A stretch of 64,000 bases of DNA from Candidatus Micrarchaeota archaeon (lineage in GTDB: Archaea > Micrarchaeota > Micrarchaeia > Micrarchaeales > CABMGC01), in NCBI GenBank assembly GCA_028866995.1, contig JAGWHD010000001.1, positions 17,030 through 81,029 on the forward strand. The letters are read 5' to 3'. Made by a program: the position numbers and the translations under genes. The notes beneath the pieces are model-generated. The model was not told where the DNA came from. It did no database searches and saw only the letters and a program-made list of their open reading frames with translations. How positions within the stretch are numbered: position 1 is the stretch's first letter; every line of letters starts with the position of its first letter. Below are positions 8,706 to 17,500 of this stretch, one piece after another.

Positions 8706-8740
8706 GCAACCGTATGCATTATCTGATGATAAGCTTAAAA

Positions 8741-9541
8741 TTACTTGCGAGTCTGCACCGCGCCGTCCATCGCCTTCGCGCAGCCGCAGGACCTCTGCTC
8801 GGGTATCATCGGCACCAGTTCGGATACAAGCGCCTTCGCCTTCTCGACGTTCTCCGCGAAGGTCTTCATCACCTGGTCAGCAGTCACAGGCTTTATGCTC
8901 GTGCCCTCAAGGCCTACGTCGTAATCGGTTACGAGGCCGACGCCAAGGTAGCAGATCCCCTTCTCCCTTGCCAGCGCAACCTCCGGATACTGGGTCATGT
9001 TTATCGTCTCAAAACCCTGCCTTGCGAAGAACCTCGACTCTGACTTTGTCGAGAACCTCGGGCCGTTTATCACGACGACAGTGCCGGCCTTGTGGTAGGC
9101 ATATCCCAGTCTGTCCAGCGCCTTGGCCGCAATCTCCCTGAGCTCAGGGCAGTACGGCTCCGCAGGGCTCATGTGCGCGACTACGTCCTTGTCGTAGAAC
9201 GTGTCGATACGCCCATGGGTCGCGTTGAAGAACTGGTCGAATAGGACAAGCTCTCCTGGCTTGTACTCCTCCTTGAGCGATCCCACTGCGTTAGTGGCTA
9301 TCAGCCTCTCGACACCAAGCTTCGACATAGAGTCTATGTTCGCCCTGTAAGGCACCTTGTGCGGCGGTATGGTATGCATGGTTCCGTGCCTTGGCAGGAA
9401 CACTACATCCTTGCCCTTCATCTTGCCCATCGCCAGCGCGTCGCTGGGATCGCCGTACTCTGAGATTACGCTCTCGTTAGCCGCTTCCTCTACCAGGGAG
9501 TAGAATCCTGATCCTCCGATTATTCCTATCTTCGTAGGCAT
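8741..9541 (-). CDS. mtnP: S-methyl-5'-thioadenosine phosphorylase (PNP/MTAP family)
   Basis: KIGIIGGSGFY..VVFLPRHG..H.IPPHKVPYRANI..LIATNAVGSL. ATG 9541 is preceded by a GGTGGG Shine-Dalgarno-like element. Confidence 0.8.
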   Translation of the reverse strand: MPTKIGIIGGSGFYSLVEEAANESVISEYGDPSDALAMGKMKGKDVVFLPRHGTMHTIPPHKVPYRANIDSMSKLGVERLIATNAVGSLKEEYKPGELVLFDQFFNATHGRIDTFYDKDVVAHMSPAEPYCPELREIAAKALDRLGYAYHKAGTVVVINGPRFSTKSESRFFARQGFETINMTQYPEVALAREKGICYLGVGLVTDYDVGLEGTSIKPVTADQVMKTFAENVEKAKALVSELVPMIPEQRSCGCAKAMDGAVQTRK

Positions 9542-9552
9542 TGTCCCACCAA

Positions 9553-10788
9553 TCACTTCTTCGCCTTCTCGGCCTTGCCGTTCTTGCCCTTGGCGCTCTT
9601 TCTCGCCATGTAGAACCTTGCGGCTATGACTGCGATGATTGCGACCGCGGCTATCGGCAGCAGCGGTATCCCGTAACCCGGATTCGCCACGGTGACGAAG
9701 TAGTTGTCCGAGCCCGAGAACTGCTGGTTGACGGCGCCGTTAGGCTGCTTCCATTGCTCGTAGAGGGTCACAGGATAGTTGCCAGGGACTGCAGCTGTGT
9801 CGATGTTGACCAGGAAGGTGACGTTTGCCGAGGCTCCAGGTTCAAGGCTGTTGACATAGGCGGTGCTCGCCACAGGCGTCAACGGATACGATGTCTGAAG
9901 GTTCAGCTGCATCTGCCTGGCCTGCGCGGTCCCCGTATTCGTGACCTTCATGTGGACCGGCACGTCCACCGCGCCGACCTTCGGCTCGGTGTCGCCCGAG
10001 CTGATCGCGAACTGCGCTGATGGCGAGACAGACAGGTTGACGCTCTGCGTGCTTGAGAAGCGCTGTTGCAGTGTTGAGGAGTAGAAGCTCGCGTCGGCAA
10101 TAATGCTTGTGCTGCTCGTGTTGTGCGCAGAGATGAGGAGAGGCTCTGTCACTGTGGAATTATGCGTCAGGTTGGAGATGAAGAATGTTGTCACGGAACT
10201 CAGGATGTCGAGTCCCGGGCCCGGGGATACCGATACTGTGACGTTCCTTGCGGTGCCATAGCCGGTATTCTGTATGTGCAGTGAGACGCTCTGGTTGTAC
10301 CCGGAGTAGAGCGCTGCGGGCTGCGGATTTGCCAGAGTCACTGTTATCGATGGCTTGTTCTGCACGTAGAACGTGACAGGCATCGCCGAAGTCGCTATCA
10401 CTGTTCCAGTAGCCGCGTACACGAAGTACGTGGCGGTGAATGTGACGGTGTAAGAGCCAGCTGTCGTGGTGTTCGGCACCGCGAACGTATAGTTATAGTA
10501 TGAGCTGCTGAATCCCGAGGACACCTGCCCTAGCACGATGGAGTTCTGCGGTGAGACGTTGAGCAGGGGGTATGTGCCGCTAGGCTGCAGCGTCGTGCCG
10601 TAGATGTTGTAGTTGAATGTGTTGTACAGCCTGAACTTTATGTGGACGTCTCCGCCGCCGAGGACTGGATTCGGCGATACCGATACGTTTGCCAGGGAGA
10701 GCGCATTGTCGTACGTGCTCGCGGCGCTTACAGAGCCGCCGATGACGGCCAATGCAACGAATGCCCAGAGGAACGGTTGTATTCTCAT
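9553..10788 (-). CDS. secreted surface protein with repeated beta-sandwich (CARDB/NEW3-like) modules and a C-terminal TM anchor
   Basis: Signal peptide MRIQPFLWAFVALAVIGGSVSAAS; repeated modules of the type V.V.N.G...A.NV.V.V; many N-x-S/T sequons; C-terminal TM helix plus K-rich tail. It lies directly downstream of the ABC-2 permease. ATG 10788 is preceded by GGTGGA. Confidence 0.6.
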   Translation of the reverse strand: MRIQPFLWAFVALAVIGGSVSAASTYDNALSLANVSVSPNPVLGGGDVHIKFRLYNTFNYNIYGTTLQPSGTYPLLNVSPQNSIVLGQVSSGFSSSYYNYTFAVPNTTTAGSYTVTFTATYFVYAATGTVIATSAMPVTFYVQNKPSITVTLANPQPAALYSGYNQSVSLHIQNTGYGTARNVTVSVSPGPGLDILSSVTTFFISNLTHNSTVTEPLLISAHNTSSTSIIADASFYSSTLQQRFSSTQSVNLSVSPSAQFAISSGDTEPKVGAVDVPVHMKVTNTGTAQARQMQLNLQTSYPLTPVASTAYVNSLEPGASANVTFLVNIDTAAVPGNYPVTLYEQWKQPNGAVNQQFSGSDNYFVTVANPGYGIPLLPIAAVAIIAVIAARFYMARKSAKGKNGKAEKAKK

Positions 10789-10812
10789 TTTTCCACCAAT
10801 AATCATGATTGT

Positions 10813-11934
10813 TTATATCTGGTCGCTTGTGCTCTTGAAGAGGATAGCCGCTATTGCAATCATTACAAGCGAGAAGATAAGCAATGCCCCGCTATTTATT
10901 ACCAACGCATTGAAGGGCAGATAGCCCTTGATCATTATGTCCCTTACGGCGTTTATAGCGTAATAGACAGGGTTGACGACTGCAGTTGCCTGGAGCGTTG
11001 CGGGGAGCAGTGATACGGGCACGAATGCGCCGCCAAGGAATGACAATGGCAGTGTCGTCGACTGCGCTATGAGCGCGTAGGTCTGCAGCTGCTTCATCCT
11101 TGATGCCAAGGCAACTGACAGTGCCCCGAAGCCGAGCCCGGTGAGGAAGACTATCCAGAGGAGCTCAAGGAAGCCGAGCGCTCCGGCTGCAATAGTCGCG
11201 CCGAAGAGCAGCCCGATCCCGAGGGCGATGTATGCGCTGAATGCGGATTGCACCGTCCCGATCAGTATCTTGCTCAGGAATATCGCTGAGGTGTTGATGG
11301 GAGTGGTCAGGAACGCCTTGAGGTTCCCCAGCTGCCTGTCGCTCAGCACCGTGAATCCGCTGCCGAAGACTGAGCCGAATGCTGCCACCATTATGAGTAT
11401 GCCGCCAACGACATAGCTCTCGTAGTTGCTGGCTGCGCCGTACGCGTAGTTGCTGATCACAGAAACCCCTTGGCTTCCTTTTTCAGCGGCATTGGGTGTC
11501 ACGACATCCGCCTGGAACTTGGATGCCACAGAATTGATGGTGCCTGTCACGACGCTGACTGCCTGCGGCTGGGAGCCGTCAAGGTACATGTATACCTCGT
11601 TTGCCGTGCCGGATGAGAATCCCGTAGGTATCACTACAACTGCTGCTACGGTACCTTTTGAGAGGAGGTTCAGGGCCTGCTGCTCCGTAGTTGCGCTCGT
11701 GACCTTGAGGCTGCTGCCTGCCTGGATCTGGTTGATGAAATTGAGGGCTGACAAGCCGTTGTCGTAGTTCACGACAGATATGGGCACGTTCTTGGGGCTG
11801 CTGCCTGCGCTCCCTAGGAAGAGTATGAAGATTATGGGGAAGAGGAGCGCCCTTGCGAAGTTCGTCCCTAGGCTCTTCTTGAAGATCAGCATCTCCCTGA
11901 GGAAGAGCGTGTAAGTGTCTCCTACCAAACCCAT
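10813..11934 (-). CDS. ABC-2 type transporter permease
   Basis: 373 aa: N-terminal TM helix, large extracytoplasmic loop, then 5 C-terminal TM helices (ABC-2 architecture). Separated by 1 nt from the upstream ATPase gene. Confidence 0.75.
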   Translation of the reverse strand: MGLVGDTYTLFLREMLIFKKSLGTNFARALLFPIIFILFLGSAGSSPKNVPISVVNYDNGLSALNFINQIQAGSSLKVTSATTEQQALNLLSKGTVAAVVVIPTGFSSGTANEVYMYLDGSQPQAVSVVTGTINSVASKFQADVVTPNAAEKGSQGVSVISNYAYGAASNYESYVVGGILIMVAAFGSVFGSGFTVLSDRQLGNLKAFLTTPINTSAIFLSKILIGTVQSAFSAYIALGIGLLFGATIAAGALGFLELLWIVFLTGLGFGALSVALASRMKQLQTYALIAQSTTLPLSFLGGAFVPVSLLPATLQATAVVNPVYYAINAVRDIMIKGYLPFNALVINSGALLIFSLVMIAIAAILFKSTSDQI

Positions 11935-11935
11935 T

Positions 11936-12910
11936 CTATCTACCCATCAGAGTCCTGGTCCTGGAGGTGTCCTCGCCCGTCTGGTCCCTTACCTCCGAAC
12001 CCGTCAGTTTCAGGAAGACGTCGTCGATCGTGGGCTCGTGCATGCTTATGTTGTGTATCGCGATCTTGCTCGCCGATATCGCCTTGACAAGCATCTCTAT
12101 CTTCTCAGTCGCCTTGCTCCCTCCTGGTGCGGTGATCCTGTTGGTTGCGACCTGGGGTTCAAGGCCCACTTTCTTGAAGATGGCCTTGAGCCTGTCCATG
12201 TCCTCCTTGTCAGCCGATACCTCTATCACGTTGCTCATGCCTATCTTCTGCCTGAGCTCTGAAGGTGTGCCTAGAGCTATCATCTTCCCGTGGTCGATTA
12301 TCCCGATCCTGTCGCAGAGCTGGTCGGCCTCCTCCAGGTACTGCGTGGTGAGCAGTATGGTCACGTTCTGGGCCTTGTTCATCTCACGCAGAAGGCCCCA
12401 TATCTTCGTCCTGTTCTGGACGTCGAGCCCTGTCGTGGGCTCGTCAAGCAGCAGGATGTTCGGCGTGTGCATCAGCGCTTTTGCGGTCTCGAGCCTCCTC
12501 TTCATGCCCCCTGAGAATGTGCCCGCATACGTCTTCCTGAATCCCTCAAGGTCCGAAAGCTTCAGGGCGAAGTCTATGCTCTTCTTCAGCTCCTGTTGGG
12601 GTATGTGGTAAAGCCTTCCGAATATCATCAGGTTGTCCTCGGCTGTTAGCTCCGGCTCGACAACTGTCTCCTGCGTGACTATCCCTATATCCTTCTTGGC
12701 CTTTTGCGGGTCCTTCTGCATGTCTATGCCGTCTATGAGGATCTTGCCCGATGTCGGGGACAGGAGTCCGAGGATCATGTTTATCGTGGTGCTCTTGCCG
12801 GCGCCGTTCGGCCCCAGCAGCCCGAATATCTCCCCCTTCTTTATGTTCAGGCTTATGCCGTTGACGGCCGTGAAGTCGCCGAACTTCTTGACCACGTTCT
12901 CCAGTTTCAA
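11936..12910 (-). CDS. ABC transporter ATP-binding protein (DrrA/CcmA-like)
   Basis: Walker A GPNGAGKST, signature FSGGMKRRL, Walker B ILLLDEPTTGLD. Confidence 0.9.
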   Translation of the reverse strand: MKLENVVKKFGDFTAVNGISLNIKKGEIFGLLGPNGAGKSTTINMILGLLSPTSGKILIDGIDMQKDPQKAKKDIGIVTQETVVEPELTAEDNLMIFGRLYHIPQQELKKSIDFALKLSDLEGFRKTYAGTFSGGMKRRLETAKALMHTPNILLLDEPTTGLDVQNRTKIWGLLREMNKAQNVTILLTTQYLEEADQLCDRIGIIDHGKMIALGTPSELRQKIGMSNVIEVSADKEDMDRLKAIFKKVGLEPQVATNRITAPGGSKATEKIEMLVKAISASKIAIHNISMHEPTIDDVFLKLTGSEVRDQTGEDTSRTRTLMGR

Positions 12911-12923
12911 TATGTCCAGGCAA

Positions 12924-13244
12924 TCACTTCAACAGCTTTTTCATGTATGTCATCGTCTTGAGACGCATCTCGAGCGCAGACTTCAGCGCCTTTCTGCCCT
13001 TCTTCGTTATGGTATAGTACGTCTTCGCCCTTTTCCCGTCGCTTCTCCCCGAAACCTCTATCAGCCCTATGTGCTCGAGAGCGTTTATTGAGTTGTAGAC
13101 GTCGTTCTTGAGGTCCGTCTCCGTGTAGTGGAAGAACTTCTCCTTGCCAAGCCTCTTGACCAGCGAGTACGGATAGACCTTGCCGCGGCTCGCCTTCAGC
13201 AATATGACCATCTTGAGTATAGTCCTCTGCATCTCCTTGTGCAT
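12924..13244 (-). CDS. PadR-like winged-helix transcriptional regulator
   Basis: 106 aa: ILKMVILLKASRGKVYPYSLVKRL...LIEVSGRSDGKRAKTYYTITKKGRKAL. ATG 13244 is chosen; the longer ORF (to 13577) runs through an AT-rich promoter region and into the divergent gene. Confidence 0.65.
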   Translation of the reverse strand: MHKEMQRTILKMVILLKASRGKVYPYSLVKRLGKEKFFHYTETDLKNDVYNSINALEHIGLIEVSGRSDGKRAKTYYTITKKGRKALKSALEMRLKTMTYMKKLLK

Positions 13245-13282
13245 GTAGTCGGGAAAAAGCCCTTCCTTCAATCTATCACTAT

Positions 13283-13313
13283 AGTTTGATTCCAAACAGT
13301 TTGAATTTAAACT
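13283..13313. promoter_or_regulatory. tandem imperfect palindromes, candidate PadR operator
   Basis: AGTTTGATTCCAAAC followed directly by AGTTTGAATTTAAAC. These are GTTTG-N4-CAAAC and GTTT-N6-AAAC half-site pairs, with 12 of 15 positions shared by hand count. They lie 40-70 nt upstream of the PadR ATG in the divergent intergenic region. Confidence 0.35.
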
Positions 13314-13470
13314 ATCATGTATTAATACCTTTCGTAGGGGTGGTGCGGCCATTGCCAGGCATGATGTGCACGGGGCGAAGTTGTATAGGGATATAAATGC
13401 ATCTGCACAATTAGGATTAGGTGTCCAGTTGCTTAGGATCGTAGGCAGCAGGGAAATTACAGAGATACTG

Positions 13471-14520
13471 ATGTTCTTCGTCATAGTGCAGTTCGTAGGC
13501 CTGCTGCTCGTGATGATGAACGTTGGCTTCTCCACGCTCGGCACCATAAGGGCAGGGATATCGAGCGACCAGTCCACGTACCTTTCCTATCTCTTCGACG
13601 CCATACTGGTCCTCATATTCGCCTTTGTTATAATAAGGAGGCACAGGCACCACTACACGAGCATGGACGGAAACAGGCTGTTCCTCGTGATGGAGGTGGT
13701 GGTGATAACACTGACGTCTTATTTCACCTTCATGTTCATCTTCGCCCTGTTCCTTCCTGCATCGTCATACCTGTACTACGCGCTGAGCCTCGGCTGCGCT
13801 GTCCTTCTCATACTGCTCAAGGAGCGAACCCTGTTCTTCAGGAATGCAGCTACGACAGTATCGAGCATAGGCGTCGGCCTCTTCCTAGCCATGTACCTGG
13901 GTTTCCTCTACACTCTCGCCCTTCTGTTTGTTGTGGCGATTTACGACTACTTCTCAGTATTCGTGTCGAAGTCCATGATAAAGCTTGCCAAGGCCATAGA
14001 CAAGAGGAACGTGGCCTTCCTGATCAAGGTGGAGAGCGTGAGGGACCTGCCACCGGGAAGCTTCAGCAAGAAGGAGCTCAAGGAGTACCTTTCGTACATA
14101 CACAGCAATCACGAGGACAAGAACCCGATATTCAAGAAGATACTTGAAGAGGGAGATGTTCCTGTCGTAAGCAGGCTTGAGCTCGGTGAGGGCGACCTGG
14201 ACCTTCCGCTCATGGTGGTTGCCAGCTCCTTCCTTACATATACCAACCCGTTCGTGAGCGTCACGATTGTCGCTGGGGCCACGATAGGGCTCCTTGCGAC
14301 GCTCCTTATCATGAAGGCGTACCAGAGGCCCATGCCAGCGATACCTCCCCTATTCGCATCCATAGCGATAACAACAGGGCTTGTGTCGCTAAGGAGCGGC
14401 TACCATTCCATTACCATGAATCTTGGTCTCGTAGCCCTGGGGATAGCCGTCATGCTGGTGGTGCTGATAAGGGTATTCAGGGACGGTTCGAAGGACAGGA
14501 AAAGGCCGCAGACGCAGTGA
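13471..14520 (+). CDS. presenilin/signal-peptide-peptidase-like intramembrane aspartyl protease (A22 family, archaeal PSH type)
   Basis: Multi-TM protein with ordered motifs AIYDYFSVF (the YD motif), LGEGDLDLP (the GxGD motif) and PMPAIPPLF (PAL-like), plus a hydrophilic loop between the two Asp motifs. The first in-frame ATG is 13471; an upstream GTG at 13366 is an alternative start. Confidence 0.6.
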   Translation: MFFVIVQFVGLLLVMMNVGFSTLGTIRAGISSDQSTYLSYLFDAILVLIFAFVIIRRHRHHYTSMDGNRLFLVMEVVVITLTSYFTFMFIFALFLPASSYLYYALSLGCAVLLILLKERTLFFRNAATTVSSIGVGLFLAMYLGFLYTLALLFVVAIYDYFSVFVSKSMIKLAKAIDKRNVAFLIKVESVRDLPPGSFSKKELKEYLSYIHSNHEDKNPIFKKILEEGDVPVVSRLELGEGDLDLPLMVVASSFLTYTNPFVSVTIVAGATIGLLATLLIMKAYQRPMPAIPPLFASIAITTGLVSLRSGYHSITMNLGLVALGIAVMLVVLIRVFRDGSKDRKRPQTQ

Positions 14521-14553
14521 GGCGCAAGGCGCCCGGTTTCGGCCTATGCCGGC

Positions 14554-17500
14554 TTATCTCTTCCTCCTCTGCTGGATCATCCTGGGATAGATAAGGCCTA
14601 TCGCAATGCCTATGGCGATGGCTACGCCAGCAGCTACAGCAGCTGCAGGAACAGCCGGAGCCTGCGTAGCAGGTTGCGTCGCTGTCGCATTAACGGTCTC
14701 ATTTGGAGGTACTGCGGCAATTGCCGTTGCGTTGGCAGGAATGGTCGTTGTGACGGTAGTGGAAGACGACGTTGTAGCAGTCGTCGCCGGAAGGGTGAAG
14801 CACACTCCCACATCTACCGTGTTCTGTATCGGCACGTACTGTATGGACTTGAGCTGGACTGTAGCGGTTCCCGTCGAATCGCTGGATATCGTGACAGTTT
14901 GGCCAGAATCTAGGGTGTATGATGCTCCGTTGACGGATACGCCCGCAGACGTAGGCGTTATGAAGTTCTCTACTACGCTGAACGGTCTTCCGTTGATCAC
15001 CATGCTTGCCGTGTTGAGCTGCGCGAAGTTGCTTATGTCGTAGCATGAGTTGGAGACCTGCGAGACTACGGGCACTGAGGATCCCGCGCCGCCAGGCAGA
15101 GGCGTATTGCCGGAGCTGCCGGAGCCGCCGCTGCCTGATGTTCCGCCTGAAGGCGCAGCGTTGACATTGAGTGAGCCGAAGGTAGTGAAGTGGTATGTGA
15201 CTATCTTGGTATCGGTGCCGTTGGAGATGTAGCACTCGCCAGGAAACTCTGGATCCGACGGCGCTGCATACGTGCCGCCGCACTTGCTTGTTATCTGCAC
15301 CCAGCTGTCGGATCCGGCAGGCTTGTACCCTACGGTCCCGTTCACTCCAGGAAGCAGTATCGTTGCCGGCTTGTTGAATAGGAGCACGACGTTAGGAGAC
15401 CCCACTTCGATGACCGTGTTGCCCACGGAGAACCCGGAAGGTGCAGAGCCAGAGACGTTGGCTTTCTTTGGCGGAGTAATCGTCCCTGTCCAGTTGCTGG
15501 GCGCAAGGACAGTTGTGCCGTTCGGAATGGCGACGCTCACCTTCGAGAGCGCAGTGTTATTGATCACTATCGACGCTCCGTTCTGTCCGGAAGTCAGCAT
15601 CACCGCCTTATCGACCTTGACAGTCTGGCCACCAACAGTCTGAGGCTTGGTCAGGTTAACTGTGCTTGAGCCTATCTTGAAACCGGTGCTTAGGGAGATA
15701 GTATTGCCTCCGACTATGACATTGCCACTTGATGCAGTTTGCACCGAGTTAGCGAGGTCGAGGACAGTGTTGTTGCTCAGTGTTATGCTGTTATGGCCTG
15801 TTGGTAGAGAAGCCTGGCCGGTAGTAGTTGATGGCATGTCGAAGTTGCTCTTGGTTGCGTTCACGTTGCCGCTGCTTGTTGGAGCTGACGATGCGCTTGT
15901 GACAATGTCGTTGCCCCCGAAGCCGCCAAAGGTATAGGAATCCATAGCCGTATTTGTAGTCCCTAGAAGCACGTATGACCAGGACCATGTAGGGATTGAC
16001 CTGTTGGTGAATCCTGGGAAGTAGCTGTTAAGATAATAATCGGTTGTCGATAGTGGCGGGTGGGTATTGTAGTAGGTGCTGTTTATTACATTCGCTGGCG
16101 TTCCCTTTAGGTCTAGCGTGCCTATGGGAGCGCCGCTCGTGGATACCGTATTAGTGCCTGGACTGAATGCCCCATTGAACGTGATGTTTTCATAACCTTT
16201 CATTGTCATTATGCCGTCTGCCGGCTGTGCCACGCCATTCAGGGGGCTCTTCGCTCCTGCGAATGTGTACGAGTATCCGGAGTCTTTATAGCTAGCCTTG
16301 AAGCTGTGCAGTCCCGTCTGATAGACCTTTATAGTTCTTGTAAAGTTGTCAAGGGCCCAGTAGCCGTTGTTCCCGCTGTCAGGGTCGTTTGCAATCTTTG
16401 CAGTTACATATAGTATCAATGCAGGGTTCACCACTATGTTTCCAGTCGTGTTGTTTGAGTTGATTATAGCTGATCCTGAAACCATTGTCTGGTTCCCATA
16501 TGTATAGGTATATTGCCAACCGTTCCATTGCTTATTCGTTATGTTGGTGAAGTACATAGCGAGATAGTGGGTTATTGTAGACGGTGTGCTGCCGTATGAT
16601 CCGTTGAGTATAAGCGCGTACGTGCCGCCGTCATCGAACGTCCCTATGGAGCCAATCGTGTTGGCCTGCGGTGAGAATGTTCCATTGAGAGTTATTTCCT
16701 GAGAGCCACGCATGTCAACCGTACCGTTTGAAGGTTCTCTTATGGTATTTGAATTTGGACTGAGAGCGCCTGCAAAGGTATGTGATTTCCCGGTATCAGT
16801 GAAGTTTATCAAGAATGAATGCAGTCCAGTTTGCCACACCGTGATAGTTCTCGTGAGATTGTCGAGTGCCCAGGTGTACGAGCCTCCATCGGGGTCATTG
16901 ACTATTTGAGTAGTTACGTTGACTATCGGTTTCTGCGTATTCACTGCGACAATGTCGCCTGCACTGGCATCGGTGCCCCAGTTGTTTGTGTTGCTGTCTA
17001 CCCATTTGTTCCCGTTTGATGGGTACGTGCTGTTCGTGTATGTCCAACCGCCGCCGTTGTTGGCAGATCCCGAATAGTTGGCAGAATCAAAATTAATGAA
17101 GTACGTGCCTATGTAATACTGATATGTTGATACTGTATTCGAGGTGTCTATCGATGTGCCTGTGAATTTGCCGTTGTTGTTGAGTGTCGGCAGCGTACCT
17201 GTCACGCTGTTCGAACCAGGAGAGAATGTTCCGTTGAATATGGTGCTCGCAGATCCAGTCATTTGCACGACTCCGTTGTAAGGTTCGACCACATTAAGTA
17301 TACCAGGACTCTGGACGCCTGCAAATGTGTACGACAGTCCGGAGTCGGTGAAGTTCATCATGAAGCTGTGCAGTCCCGTCTGGTAGATCTTTATCTGTCT
17401 CGTGAAATTGTCGAGTGCCCAGTAGCCGTGGTCGCCACTGTCAGGATTGTTGACTATTTGAGTAGTTACGTTGACTATCAATGCCGGATTCACCACTATG

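Noticed and set aside
7825-8709. Alternative 294-aa frame on the same strand as the membrane protein gene.
   Set aside because: Its translation is R/H/Q-rich without hydrophobic segments. The overlapping frame gives a coherent polytopic membrane protein.
13245-13577. Upstream extension of the PadR ORF to 217 aa.
   Set aside because: The extension crosses an AT-rich promoter-like region containing palindromes and overlaps the divergent protease gene. The PadR fold is complete from ATG 13244.
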